From positions 51,756,964 to 51,820,963 of the forward strand of contig NC_068982.1 in NCBI RefSeq assembly GCF_001194135.2: 64,000 nt of DNA, written 5' to 3'. Under the pieces are notes generated by a model. It did not search any database and had not been told where the DNA came from. It saw only the letters and a list, made by a program, of their open reading frames with translations. Below, in pieces: positions 42,301 through 52,557 of this stretch (position 1 is the stretch's first letter; each line of letters opens with the position of its first letter). Position numbers and translations under genes: made by a program. The stretch comes from Octopus bimaculoides (Eukaryota).

Positions 42301-45300
42301 ATATATATATATATGTTGTTGTACTTGGGGATGGTCATATTGCCAGTTTAGCCAATAAAAACACACACACTGTATATTTGGTGTTAAATTGCTTCAGCTT
42401 TATATTACATTAATCTTAATCTTATTTCGGCCAGAGTTCTTTCATCACACTTCTGTGACCTCATCAGTGGTCCTTTGTTTCCTTCTTTCTTATGTGTGTC
42501 TCACCTTGCTAACTATCAGCCATTTTGTATATATATATATANNNNNNNNNNNNNNNNNNNNNNNNNNNNNNNNNNNNNNNNNNNNNNNNNNNNNNNNAGA
42601 CTTTTATTAAACTTCAATGAGTCTAGTAACAAACTGGATATTACTTCAACATGTTTGCAAAGTTTCACGAAAATTCGTTAACGGGCGTAGGCGGCAACTT
42701 GACACAAACAGACAACTTGCATTTATATATGTATAGATATGATGGGCTTCTTTCAGTTTCTGTCTACCAAATCCACTCACAAGGCTTTGGACAGACCAGA
42801 GCAGAAGACACTTGCCTAAGGTAACCCACAGTAGGACTGAACCCAGAACTACGTGGTTGAGATACAAGCATCTTACCACACCACCACACCTGCACCTATT
42901 TGAAACATTTCAGATATGAATTCTATCAGGAGTTAGAGCAGTTATTAAAAGCGGAGAAACTTACCTGTTCCAGAATTTGCCGAAGATGTAAATATGCCTC
43001 TTGAGGTTCCATGTGGAGTTCAAGTATCAGTCGATCAATTTTATTGAGCAACAACACTGGTTTAATACCTTCCAGCCAGGCTTGCCGTAACACAGCATGA
43101 GTCTAAAGAAGTAAATTAGAGCAACAACACAATGAGTAACAATTTCATAATGAAAAGTAGCAAAGACAATATTCTAACTTGTTCAGAGCTTCATTTATAT
43201 AACTTCTGAAACTAATTTAAATAAAACTAACTAAATGTAGTTTTTTTCAGCTTTAACCCTTTAGCATTCAGATAATTGTCAAATGTAATGCATATTTATT
43301 CACATTGTTTTAAATTAATCATGCATTATCTCATTGATTTGAGATTTTGATGACAGTTTTTTTTTATTTTTAGAACATTGTAGGGTTAGTGTGAGAGGTC
43401 AGATCTGACAAGTTTGAACAAAAATAGAATATTTGGATTGGATATGGCAAGTTTAAATGCTATGGAGTTTATAGTTACTGTTAAAGCAAGAATGAGAGAT
43501 ATATACATAGACTGAACATCATCCAAAGTACAGTTATTGCTTGTAAAAAATCATAACCTTAGATAGCAAAGATTAAATTTATATTTAGAATATCATTCCT
43601 TCTATTTATCCACTCTACAACCATACCATGTTATATTGGTTTCAAATTTTGGTGCCAGACCAGCAAATTTAGAAGAGGGGACAAGTTGATTACATCAACC
43701 CCAGTGTCCTATAGTTACATATATTACTGATCCCAAAAGGATGGAAGGCAAATTTGACCTCAGCATGTACAGTCTGAAGAAATGCTGTTAGGCATTTTGT
43801 CCAACATGCAAACAATTCTGCCAGCTCACCACCTTTAACTTCTATGTAATAAAGTTTCCTTACAAAATCTATCAACTGTTTAAACCATTTGAATATTACT
43901 CATGATTTTATTTACTTTATATAGCAATTAGTGTAAAGAGCTTGTTGGTTACAGATCTTCAAGAAATCAACCACAAATTCTCTGGATTTCTAATAGTGAG
44001 AGTGATAAGGAACTATTTGTTAACTTGATGCAGAACAAATATCTCAAAGGGCTTCATTTGTAAAGCACCAGCTTTTCAGTTTCTCACTGATTTGTATATT
44101 CTTCACTGGTATACATGACCAAAAGATATATATGAGCTTCAGCACAGAATTCCACTCAGAAATTATTAATCAACACAAATACATGGTAGAAATGGAGATG
44201 TGCCCAAAGTAACATGCAGCAGGTTTGAGCGTGAAATTACTTGGTTGCAAAGAAAACATCTTAACCAAACAGCCAAGCCTGCACCTGTAAATTTTATAAA
44301 GCAGAAAACCACAGAAATGTTTCAATATTTTTGAAATAGAAAGAAAAATGAAAAGATACTGACCTGTGGGCTGACTCCTTCAATGACATCAACAATAATA
44401 ATAGCACCATCACAAAGACGTACAGCTGTCGACACTTCACTAGAAAAGTCAACATGTCCAGGAGAGTCAATTAGATTTATCAAATAATCCTCTTGTTCTG
44501 AAATAAAAGAGAACCCATTTAGTGACTTAATTAAAATGAAAACTTTGTCAAGATAAAGAAAAATGATTATCAAATACTTGTGGACAAATCGTCTCCACAA
44601 TGCCTGGCTCTCCATCGGTTATGATAACAAGTGTTCTAGTTGATATAATCAACCGAACAGCCAGCTCATGAAATTAATGTGCAAGTGGCTGAGCATTCCA
44701 GACACACACACACACACACACCTTTTCAGAGAATTCAGCATGATAAGGCTGGCCCTTTGAATTACAGATACAACTCATTTTTGCCAGTTGAGTAACTGGA
44801 GCAACAAGAATTCACAACTTTACTATTGTGAGCCAAGCCTCCACAAGGAGAAAAAATGTGACGAACATAGAATGGTGGTCAATGTGCTTAGACTGAATGC
44901 AAGGAAGGTTAAATGAAAAATCATAACTTGGATAAAGAAGATGTGGAAGCCAAAAGGTATTTTGTTCAATAAATATTCCTTGAGGATGATGATGAAAGGA
45001 AAACTATGGCAGAGGAAAACTAGTTTGATCTCTTTTCAGTTTGTTACACTACGACCACAGCCTGTATGCACACCAGTATTTTCCATTGGATATGTTACTG
45101 TAAGAGGTTGTTAAAAGCAGAATATAAACTAGATTGGAAGAACCTTGCCCTAACAGAACCAAATAGTGGGGTAACAGTAGAAGTGTTGGGGCAAGTCGAT
45201 TACATCCACCCTAGTGTTTCTCTGGCACTCATTTTATTAAACCCTGAAAGGATGAAAGGCAAAGTCAATCTCAATGGAATTTGAAGTTAGTAAAAATATT

Positions 45301-47114
45301 AATGAGGAAACTAAGGATATGAAGGCAAAGAAATAACAAATACGTTACAGATTATTGATGCTAAAAATCTAATGCTGTTACATGTAGTGATTTGATAAGA
45401 ATTTACTAGTGTATTAAATGCAGGAGGATCTATCATACTGACAGGGAACTAGGAGTGTAGATGTGATAGATGATGAATATTTGAGAGCATTCAGGAAATA
45501 CCAACCATGGATAGCTCAGCAAATAGTTTCTAGAAACTAGGAGATAATTAGTTTTCTAAGTGAAGACATGTGGCTTAGTGGCTAGGCTTGTGATCACAAG
45601 GTTGTGGGTTCAATTTCCAGCAGAGCATTGTGTCCTCGAGAAAAACACTTTATTTCACATTGCTACAGTCCGCTTAGTTGGCAAAAATGAGTTATACCTG
45701 TAATTCAAAGGGCCAATCTTGTCACATTTTGTATCGTGCTGAATCTCCCTGAAAACTACTACACGTCTGTGGAGTGTTCAGCCACTCGCACAATTTCACG
45801 AGCAGGCTGCTCCGTTGATCAAATCAACTGGAACCCTTGTCATCATAACCAAAGGAGTGCCAGTTAAAGTTCTGGAATTATTGTAATAAACTTTATTTTT
45901 ACAACATTTTGTTTTTGTAGTGTATGAAAAGAAAATTAAGTTAACATACCATGTACATAATGTAAAGAAATTGCACTGGACTTCATAGTAATCCCTCGTA
46001 ACTGTTCATCTTCTCTGCTGTCCATGTAACGGATCTACAAATTTCAAAACAAAGTCTTATTACTACAATACAGTGATATTTCTAAAACAAAAATTGTTTT
46101 ACTGTCACCAAACGCATTAAATAGTTTGATACAAAAACTAATTAAATGCAGGATAAAGAAATGCATTTTGGATATTGTGAACTTATTTGTAAGCTAGTTC
46201 TTTATTACATTCAGAATATATAAATAAATGTAAGACCTGAAGAGAATAGATAATTTCAAAAATAAAAAGACTTGTGATTATATTTTTTTTTTAAATTCAA
46301 ACACAATCTATAGATGCAGACATGGCCATGTGGTTGCTTCTCAACTATGTGTTTTCAGGTTCAGTCCTACTGTACACTACCTTAGGTACTTCTACTATAG
46401 CCCTGGCCAATGCCTTGTGAGTAGGTTTGGTAGAAATATACCCATGTGTATATACTGAAATGCAACATGAATGTAGCTGCCCTGTGTGGCTTATGGCAGG
46501 AGTGGTACAGTTTGTTAGTTCAGTTGATGGATTACGAGCAACAACATAAAACAGAAGATAAAATTCATTAAAAAAAAAAAAAAACAGAAATGATTACCTT
46601 TCCAGACATCCTCTGGGAAATGATGCCATTACTAGCCACAAGAGAATCAGCCAAGGTAGTCTTTCCTATAAAAAAAATTATACATAATATAGATGGGAAA
46701 ATGAAGCTACATAACGCAAATATATTTTGCTAATATAAAATAACTGTAAAATTATTATATATATATATATATATATAATATTATTAGGGACAAAATCCAA
46801 AATTACAGGTAAAAAACTCAATTAAAATCAATTTATAAAAAATTAAAATTAAATTGAGCCTTATAGATAAAGTATATATAAAATATATATAGTTTTAGGG
46901 AAAATAACCAATTTTCAATTTAATCGATTTAAATTTCTTTTCTATTTGAAAATTGGTTATGAAACACGTGTAATCTTTTTATTATATTTATCTTATGATA
47001 TTTACTTTACTTTATATTATACTCATTTATTGTGCTTTTAATTATTAATTTTTCTATATGTGATAGTGGATTTTCATCGATGAGTTCTTGAAAATTGGTT
47101 ATTTTCCCTAAAAC

Positions 47115-47156
<42 letters not shown>

Positions 47157-50100
47157 CACACACACAAAAATATTATATTGCATGGCTATTGGGTTTTTCC
47201 TTCATATTCAAATCTAACAAAGCTTAAAAGAAATGTTTTTAATACATATTTGTGTATGTATGTGTGTGCACACGCACAGAAGTCAAACTTACAATAAAAA
47301 AGAAATAATACTAAGAGCCCATTTTAGAGCTCTAACACATAGGTATATATATAACTATTTAATTATCCAGATACAATCATCTCTCTTCTTACAACACAAT
47401 ATAGATTTTGACTAAACTATATTATAATGTATATCTGAAACAGACATAACAACTACGGTCAAACATCCAGTTAGAGAGCAGTCTCTCAATATGAATAATA
47501 ATCAACACTTATATTCAATGTCCATTGTGCTGTAGGACAATTAGGTTATGGACATTAAGACCTTTTAGCCTAACTTTTTTTTTTGTATGGTTGAAATCAG
47601 TGTTCTTTAAAGGCACGTGTTTGGTGTTCATCTCTGTAAGTATACTGAAGAACTTATGAAAGCATATGGATGGGTTCTTGGTCTTATTTTTCAGTGTTGT
47701 TTCATAGCACATATGGACGAGGACAGCTGCATTAAGAAGAGCCGATCGCTAACTGTGGAGGGCACCTGTGGAAGAGGTAGACCCAGGAAGATGAGGGACA
47801 AGATGATGAGGTATGATCTTTGGATGTTGAGTCTCACAGAGGTGATGACAAGTGATTTGCTGTACTTAAGACATGTCAAGCTAAGTGAAATCATAGTCGT
47901 GGCCAGTGCTGGTGACATGTAAAAGGCACCCAGTACATTCTGTAGAGTGAGTGTTTGGCATTAGGAAGGGCATCCAGCCATAAGAACCAAGCCAAAACAG
48001 ACTAGAGCAGCTCTGCAGCTTACCATCCTCAGTCAAATAGTCTTACCCATGCTAGCATGGAAAATGGATGCTAAATGATGATGTCTTGGCTCATAGAAGG
48101 CTAGATCACTTCCTTTTCCTCCCAACAAATTATCATCATCATCATCAACCCTTGGACATTACTATTTCAAGTCCCAGGATTAATAGGATGGGTAGGCCTG
48201 ATTTCCATGGTATATAAGTGACTGAGATCACAACATTCCCCCTGAATGGTAAGCTAGTTTGTCGCAGAGTTACTCATTTACAGCTTAGTGGACTGGAGCA
48301 ATGTGAAGTTAAGTGTCTTGCTCAAAAACATGATGCATCACCCAGTCAGTGAATCGAAAACACAATCGTGTGATCATGAGTGCGACTGCCTAACCACATA
48401 GCCATGTGCCTTCACAAATAATCAGCCATGCCTAATTTTTTCCCCATCACAGATTAATTTCATGCTGCTCCTCCAGTTTTACTTTCAGAAGGCAGCTGGT
48501 CTTGCCCTTATATTCACTGCCATGACTGCATAAGATGGAATACACACAGTTGTTGATCATGTTTTCTTCTGATGGTAAAAATGTTTAGGAAAATTGTCCC
48601 TGAGGATAAACTGCTTTTGAATATTGTTTCAAGGAACATCATCATCGTTATTTAAAGTCTGCTTTCCATGCTGGCATAGGTTGGATGGCTTGACAAACTG
48701 GTATGGCCAAGGGCTGCACCAGGTTCCATATTTTGTTTTGACTTGGTTTCTAGGGCTGGATGCCTTTCCTAATGCCAACCACTCCACAGAGGGTACTGGA
48801 TGCTTTTTATGTGGTACCATCACCAGTGCTTTTTAAGTGGCATGAGCACCCACACCAATGCTTTGGGGGGGGGGGGGGGAGAAAAACAATAAGGCATAGC
48901 TGATCATTTATGGAGGGAAAAGGAAAGTTGCCAACTCATGTGAAACAAAGTCAAAATAATAGATAAGTAACAACATTCAGAGATAAAATGGCTCAAAGAG
49001 ATAGATTGTGAACTAGGCTTTGATAAGTTCTTCAGGAGGGCTAGCATAGAAATGAACACCATATTGGTATCTTTAATGAAAAGAGGAAGAACATTAAACG
49101 TTTGACTATAAAAAGTAAAAAGGAGTTAGGTTTAAAGTTCCTAATTTACATCTCATAATTGTTCTGCAGTACATGACATAGTGAATACAATCAATGCTTA
49201 TATTTACTATCGGTATTGACTAAGTGTTAAGTACTTTAGTTTACTCAGTGGATGGATATTCAATTGCTGATGTTCTGTCTTTCTCCCCATACATATACAC
49301 ACACACACACAAAGATGCACACATACACATTCATATATATATCATCATCATCATCATCGTTTAACGTCCGCTTTCCATGCTAGCATGGGTTGGACGATTT
49401 GACTGAGGACTGGTGCAACCGGATGGCAACACCAGGCTCCAATCTAATTTGGCAGAGTTTCTACAGCTGGATGCCCTTCCTAACACCAACCACTCAGAGA
49501 GTGTAGTGGGTGCTTTTACGTGTCACCTCCACGAAAACGGCCACGCTCAAAATGGTGTCTTTTATGTGCCACCCGCACAAGAGCCAGTCCAGGGGCACTG
49601 GCAGCAATCTCGCTCGAAAACCCTACAAGGCCAGTCAGGCGGTACTGGCAATGGTCACGCTCAGGATGGTACATCTTATGTGCCACCTGCACAAGAACCA
49701 GTCCAGGGGCCCTGGCAACGATCTCACTTGGCTTGCCGGGTCTTCTCACGCACAGCACATTTTCAAAGGTCTCGGTCAATGCACATCTATGCATACATGC
49801 TTTGGTTCAAGTGAATTAAGCAAACAATATCTCAAACAGGAAAATATCTAATATAAGAGCATCTGTGGCATGGACAACAATCTAAACCCCATGGATTAAA
49901 TAAACAGTAAGAACATTATTGAATACAACAGGCATCTAAGTACACCAGACGGCACAACAGCCAGAATATTGTGACTATAACAACTAAGACAATAACACTG
50001 TCCAGATATATCAGTGCATAATACTAAATATTACACACTCAATGACTTTAAACACAGTTCAGTGGCTTTAAGTAATTTATCAGCAATACTTACCATGATC

Positions 50101-50187
50101 AACATGAGCTAAAATACAAATGTTACGGATGTTTTGAGGTGTCTTTTGAAGTTTAGCCAATTTTTCAGCAGTGGTGGTCCTCATCAT
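24203..50187 (-). CDS. EFL1: Elongation factor-like GTPase 1 (EFL1/EFTUD1/Ria1), 21 coding exons, about 1090 aa
   Basis: Manual join (minus): 50187-50094, 46665-46598, 46034-45950, 44497-44364, 43102-42965, 42032-41976, 41132-41103, 39913-39795, 39288-39165, 38342-38263, 36785-36652, 35453-35331, 34284-34185, 33588-33458, 31604-31444, 29385-29232, 28973-28842, 28525-28378, 28267-27381, 26759-26575, 24391-24203 = 3273 nt, open throughout. It has the translational GTPase motifs [17 protein letters not shown] and NKID, and the EFL1-specific C-terminus [35 protein letters not shown]...[12 protein letters not shown], matching human EFL1 from recall. Confidence 0.97.
24534..24815 (+). mobile_element. 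SINE family A (head and body) in the last EFL1 intron
   Basis: aggagtgactgtgtggtaagtagcttgc A-box-like and gggttcagtcc B-box-like head. Confidence 0.85.
24858..25020 (-). pseudogene. Mariner transposase N-terminal relic
   Basis: ORF 24776..25108 contains [32 protein letters not shown]; sequence is duplicated across a 10-N gap. Confidence 0.7.
25840..26270 (+). mobile_element. Degenerate RTE-LINE 3' fragment
   Basis: cattaggaagg.catcc.gctgtagaaacc...ccaacccatgccag.atggaaa...gatgatgat 3' end, preceded by decayed ORF2-like sequence. Confidence 0.6.
26575..26759 (-). CDS. EFL1: EFL1 coding exon 20 ([12 protein letters not shown]...[27 protein letters not shown])
   Basis: ttatttcag acceptor, GAG|gtaagg donor; inside ORF 26554..26862; domain V. 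Confidence 0.97.
27381..28267 (-). CDS. EFL1: EFL1 coding exon 19 (887 nt; [20 protein letters not shown]...QATADVL)
   Basis: Poly-T tract plus cattgcag acceptor, G|gtaagt donor; inside ORF 27361..28347; [31 protein letters not shown]. Confidence 0.98.
28378..28525 (-). CDS. EFL1: EFL1 coding exon 18 ([49 protein letters not shown])
   Basis: ttgttgttag acceptor, AG|gtaatt donor; domain III ETGEH...GEVHL motif. Confidence 0.97.
28842..28973 (-). CDS. EFL1: EFL1 coding exon 17 ([16 protein letters not shown]...[16 protein letters not shown])
   Basis: tttgcag acceptor, T|gtaagt donor; phase 1-1. Confidence 0.96.
29232..29385 (-). CDS. EFL1: EFL1 coding exon 16 ([10 protein letters not shown]...[22 protein letters not shown])
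   Basis: atacag acceptor, G|gtgagt donor; conserved LYL.MGRELE. Confidence 0.94.
29560..30090 (+). mobile_element. RTE-LINE 3' fragment (ORF2 C-terminus relic plus 3'-UTR)
   Basis: Reads [25 protein letters not shown], followed by the family 3'-UTR and a (GAT)n tail. Confidence 0.7.
31444..31604 (-). CDS. EFL1: EFL1 coding exon 15 (SGDPVNND...[34 protein letters not shown])
   Basis: tttgttttag acceptor, CAA|gtaagt donor; conserved FIAFAR.FSG and VLGPK. Confidence 0.96.
32372..32894. mobile_element. Mariner-derived foldback element with TA TSD and about 150-bp inverted arms
   Basis: ta|tgagggtgagtcaaaaagtaatgccattttg ... caaaatggcattactttttgactcaacctcg|ta; internal frame [45 protein letters not shown] is a mariner C-terminus. 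Confidence 0.9.
33068..33197 (-). mobile_element. SINE family B, 5' part (next to a gap)
   Basis: ggcaaagtcgactgtagcagaatttgaacccag...tgccagctcgccacc. Confidence 0.8.
33458..33588 (-). CDS. EFL1: EFL1 coding exon 14 ([26 protein letters not shown]...KENL)
   Basis: tttttcag acceptor, T|gtaagt donor; inside ORF 33444..33695; domain II insertion. Confidence 0.94.
34185..34284 (-). CDS. EFL1: EFL1 coding exon 13 ([33 protein letters not shown])
   Basis: tatttattag acceptor, AG|gtactt donor; conserved [10 protein letters not shown]. Confidence 0.95.
34515..34710 (-). mobile_element. RTE 3'-UTR fragment
   Basis: catcatcatttaacatctgctttccatgct...ctggatgcccttcctaacaccaacc; similar fragments at 35885-36045 (+), 37170-37330 (+), 48625-48850 (-) and 50270-50415 (+). 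Confidence 0.75.
35331..35453 (-). CDS. EFL1: EFL1 coding exon 12 ([41 protein letters not shown])
   Basis: tttgtag acceptor, G|gtatga donor; phase 1-1. Confidence 0.95.
36652..36785 (-). CDS. EFL1: EFL1 coding exon 11 ([45 protein letters not shown])
   Basis: ttttctcttcag acceptor, T|gtaagc donor; phase 2 to 1; conserved AICSQWLP. Confidence 0.96.
37688..38070 (+). mobile_element. Full-length young SINE family A
   Basis: From aggagtggctgtgtggtaagtagc through an internal (TA)/(TG) microsatellite to the ...atgactgaaacaagtaaaagag tail. Confidence 0.92.
38263..38342 (-). CDS. EFL1: EFL1 coding exon 10 ([26 protein letters not shown])
   Basis: tttcttcag acceptor, AA|gtaagt donor; conserved KKPLFVQ..L.NIW. 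Confidence 0.96.
38592..38811. mobile_element. Mariner-type MITE (about 220 bp)
   Basis: TIRs tgagcggatgctgaaaagttcctggc / gccaggaatttttcagcaccccttca|ta. Confidence 0.75.
39165..39288 (-). CDS. EFL1: EFL1 coding exon 9 ([14 protein letters not shown]...[20 protein letters not shown])
   Basis: cttttctctag acceptor, CAA|gtgagt donor; phase 2 to 0. Confidence 0.96.
39795..39913 (-). CDS. EFL1: EFL1 coding exon 8 ([39 protein letters not shown])
   Basis: cattatag acceptor, AG|gtaagt donor; conserved YFSP.QGNV.F.SA.DGWGF. Confidence 0.95.
41103..41132 (-). CDS. EFL1: EFL1 candidate 30-nt microexon 7 ([10 protein letters not shown])
   Basis: ttttgtag acceptor and GAG|gtaaat donor; phase 0-0; falls in the variable acidic insert before DWS. 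Supported by splice signals and frame only, not by recognisable homology. Confidence 0.6.
41976..42032 (-). CDS. EFL1: EFL1 coding exon 6 ([19 protein letters not shown]), ending at a GC donor
   Basis: tttttttatctag acceptor; matches EFL1 INALTGTLFTS. The frame into exon 7 or 8 is kept only with AAT|gcaagt; the GT 4 nt downstream causes a frameshift. Confidence 0.85.
42150..42541. mobile_element. CpG-retaining repeat relic carrying a hammerhead-like core; possibly a Penelope-like terminal repeat
   Basis: Minus strand CTGATGAG-GTCACAGAAGTGTGAT-GAAA...GGCC-GAAA; internal (TA)n and (CA)n. The family assignment is inference. Confidence 0.4.
42965..43102 (-). CDS. EFL1: EFL1 coding exon 5 ([46 protein letters not shown])
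   Basis: cttctttag acceptor, CAG|gtaagt donor; G4 NKID motif; phase 0-0. Confidence 0.97.
43253..43470. mobile_element. piggyBac-like MITE
   Basis: ttaa|ccctttagcatt left end and aaatgctatggagttt degenerate right end; homologous to 157-388. Confidence 0.75.
44364..44497 (-). CDS. EFL1: EFL1 coding exon 4 ([45 protein letters not shown])
   Basis: tttatttcag acceptor, CAG|gtcagt donor; G3 motif; inside ORF 44322..44615. Confidence 0.97.
45562..45865 (+). mobile_element. SINE family D
   Basis: gtgaagacatgtggcttagtggctagg head, gggttcaatttcc B-box-like segment, body shared with 58110-58420. Confidence 0.8.
45950..46034 (-). CDS. EFL1: EFL1 coding exon 3 ([28 protein letters not shown])
   Basis: tttgtag acceptor, G|gtatgt donor; switch I RGIT motif. 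Confidence 0.96.
46598..46665 (-). CDS. EFL1: EFL1 coding exon 2 ([23 protein letters not shown])
   Basis: tttttatag acceptor, AAG|gtaatc donor; phase 1 to 0; completes GKT P-loop. Confidence 0.96.
46891..47115. mobile_element. 225-bp MITE with perfect 28-bp TIRs, embedded in (TA)n
   Basis: agttttagggaaaataaccaattttcaa (46891-46918) is the exact reverse complement of 47088-47115. Confidence 0.8.
47620..48085 (+). mobile_element. RTE-LINE 3' fragment (ORF2 C-terminus plus 3'-UTR)
   Basis: ORF 47617..47922 contains [27 protein letters not shown], a typical RTE C-terminal motif, followed by the 3'-UTR and a (GAT)n tail. Confidence 0.85.
48447..48630 (-). pseudogene. Penelope-like GIY-YIG endonuclease relic
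   Basis: Minus frame [43 protein letters not shown], fitting VY.I.C..G..Y.G.T...L..RL.EH. Confidence 0.6.
49340..49775 (-). mobile_element. Young RTE 3'-UTR copy with internal tandem units
   Basis: (CAT)n tail, cgtttaacgtccgctttccatgctagcatggg, and two gg.cacgctca..atggt...ttatgtgccacc.gcacaaga.ccagtccagggg units. Confidence 0.85.
50094..50187 (-). CDS. EFL1: EFL1 coding exon 1 ([32 protein letters not shown])
   Basis: Acceptor ttcag ends at 50202 (exon starts 50201); in-frame TGA immediately before ATG ATG; donor G|gtaagt; first half of G1 motif. Confidence 0.95.
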
Positions 50188-50977
50188 TCAAGAATTGCAA
50201 TCTGAAAAAGAAGTTTTATATTAATAATGTTTATTTCCACAAAAATCAAATAACAGTAGTATTAATGGTATTAGGAAGGGCATCCAGCCATAGAAACCAA
50301 GCCAAAACAGACTGTGAAACCTGATGTGGACCACGGCCTTGCCAGTTTCTGTCAAGCTTTTCAATTCATGCCAGGATGGAAAACAGTTATTAAATGCTGA
50401 TTTTGGTGATGATGATTAAATTGACATGAACAACAAACAAACATTTTTTTTTAGTTGTCTTTAGCTGTATTAGTAAATTTGGATAGGAGACTGTGTTGAG
50501 CTTGGTCAATGGGCCACATTGCTTCTTGGGGAGTAAACTTAATCCATCACCTCTTGGTATTGGTGCCTTTACTAGAATCCATTCTATTGCAAGTCTCCAC
50601 TTTCTTTCAGTCCCAGGGGCTCTTCAAAAGGTTCATGGGTGCTGCCCAGAACCAAGAATTTGGTACACAAAATTAAACTCCTATTCCAACTCCTCGATTT
50701 GTTTTAACACCAACTCCTACTTTTACTCATCAATATATGGCTCAGCTGACTCATTAATCCACACACAGGACATCTTAAGGTTATAACTTTGAGAATAGTG
50801 AGGTAGACCAGAAAAAAGTCATTCTAAGATTGTTTTTTTAACGTAAGCATGCCCAAACAAGGCGAATGCTTACACAGAGCAGGTTTTACAGCCAGCCACA
50901 TCATCCAAACCAACCAGGTGAAACCGGGCTTAGCTGCTAGTATACACACACACACACACACATGTGTGTGTGTGTGT

Positions 50978-51259
50978 GTGGTAAGTAGCTTGCTTACCAA
51001 CCACATGGTTCCGGGTTCAGTCCCACAGCGTCACACCTTGGGCAAGTGTCTTCTACTATAGCTTTGGGCCGACCAAAGCCTTGTGAGTGGATTTGGTAGA
51101 CGGAAACTGAAAGAAGCCTGTCGTATATATGTATATATGTTGTGTATCTGTGTCTGTCCCCCCCAACATCGCTTGACAACCGATGCTGGTGTGTTTAGGT
51201 TCCCGTAACTTAGCAGTTCGGCAAAAGAGAACGATAGAATAAGTACTAGNNNNNNNNNN

Positions 51260-51310
<51 letters not shown>

Positions 51311-51655
51311 TCCCATATATAGTGAACTGAATTCAGGATTCGGCATTCTTGCCCAGGATTCCATAGAAACTCACATTGTTTCAATCATTAGACTGTGGCC
51401 ATGTTGGAGCACCCTCTTGAAGGTTTTAGTCGAAGAAATCAACCCCAGCACTTAGTTTTTAAACCTGATACCTTTTCTGCTGGACCACTAAATTATGGGG
51501 AGGCAAACACATCCACGATGGGCTTCTTTCAGTTTCTGTCTACCAAGTCCACTCAGTAGAAGACACTTGACCAAGGTGCCGCACAATGGGACTGAACCCA
51601 AGGCCACATGGTTGGGAAGCAAGCTTCTTAATCAAACAACCACGCTTGCACCTAT
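50978..51655. mobile_element. Two oppositely oriented SINE family A copies (plus 50978-51249, minus 51385-51655)
   Basis: Diagnostic head and tail segments on opposite strands, upstream of the first coding exon. Confidence 0.8.
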
Positions 51656-51896
51656 AGATCTTGAAAATGACTTCATACCATATGGTTAACTCAAACAAAT
51701 GTAACACAACAAACTATTGTCTATTGTTCTATTTAAAATGATTCAACTAAATTAGATCATAACTAAAAGAAAACAAGTGATAAAATGTACATTTAAAATC
51801 GACATCTTCCTCACCACCCCTACAATACGTAGATAACATTAATAGGCGGAGTTATGATGTAAGCACATGTTGAAATCCCTCATAACATTTTTTTTT

Positions 51897-52187
51897 AAAC
51901 AATTGCAGCGTGGAAGGTGTTTATAAGCCATTTAAGAAACACAAAAACCGTTAGATTCACTTCAACATTTAAGTTTAATTTGTCAAAATATTTTCCTCGC
52001 TTTGAGACCGCGACCTGTCCACTGACAAAATTCCGAGATGCAGCACAGAATTTTGTCAGTGGACAGGTCGCGGTCTCAAAGCGACGAAAATATTTTGACA
52101 AATTAAACTTAAATGTTGAAGTGAATCTAACGGGTTTTTTTGTGTTTCTTAAATGGCTTATAAACACCTTCCACGCTGCAATTGTTT
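51897..52187. repeat. About 290-bp near-perfect palindrome
   Basis: Arms 51897-52033 and 52048-52187 are reverse complements apart from a few substitutions and small indels; this produces the mirror ORFs 51895..52167(-) and 51917..52342(+). Confidence 0.95.
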
Positions 52188-52557
52188 TCCTTCCGGCACA
52201 CGATCTCAGATCAGGTCACTTGCTATGCAAGTACATCTCCATTTTCTTTTATTTTTATGAATTTTCACAAAATGTTTTCAGTCAGGAACAAGTTGCAGGT
52301 AACCCTTTTTCACCATTCTTCCAACTTCATTTTCAATCTTAAAAAGGCTTTCGTCTACTTGAACTATATGATTCAGGCCACCTAATTTCTTATCTTTCAA
52401 TAATTTTTGAGTACATACTTCCCTGCAATGTTCGTACCACTAGACAGTTGTCTGTCTGCTAATATTGTTCATGGACGTGCAGCTTGTCCTTGGTGTTTCA
52501 CATATGAAGTCCAGGGTTAAGTGAAAAAGTGTGAAGACCAACAATTGACCTTTTTTT

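Noticed and set aside
42394-42448. Possible intronic C/D snoRNA (GUGAUGA ... CUGA on the minus strand)
   Set aside because: Only 55 nt, no terminal stem, no recognisable guide, and it lies within a repeat relic.
51895-52342. Two near-identical ORFs on opposite strands
   Set aside because: A direct consequence of the palindrome; no recognisable protein.
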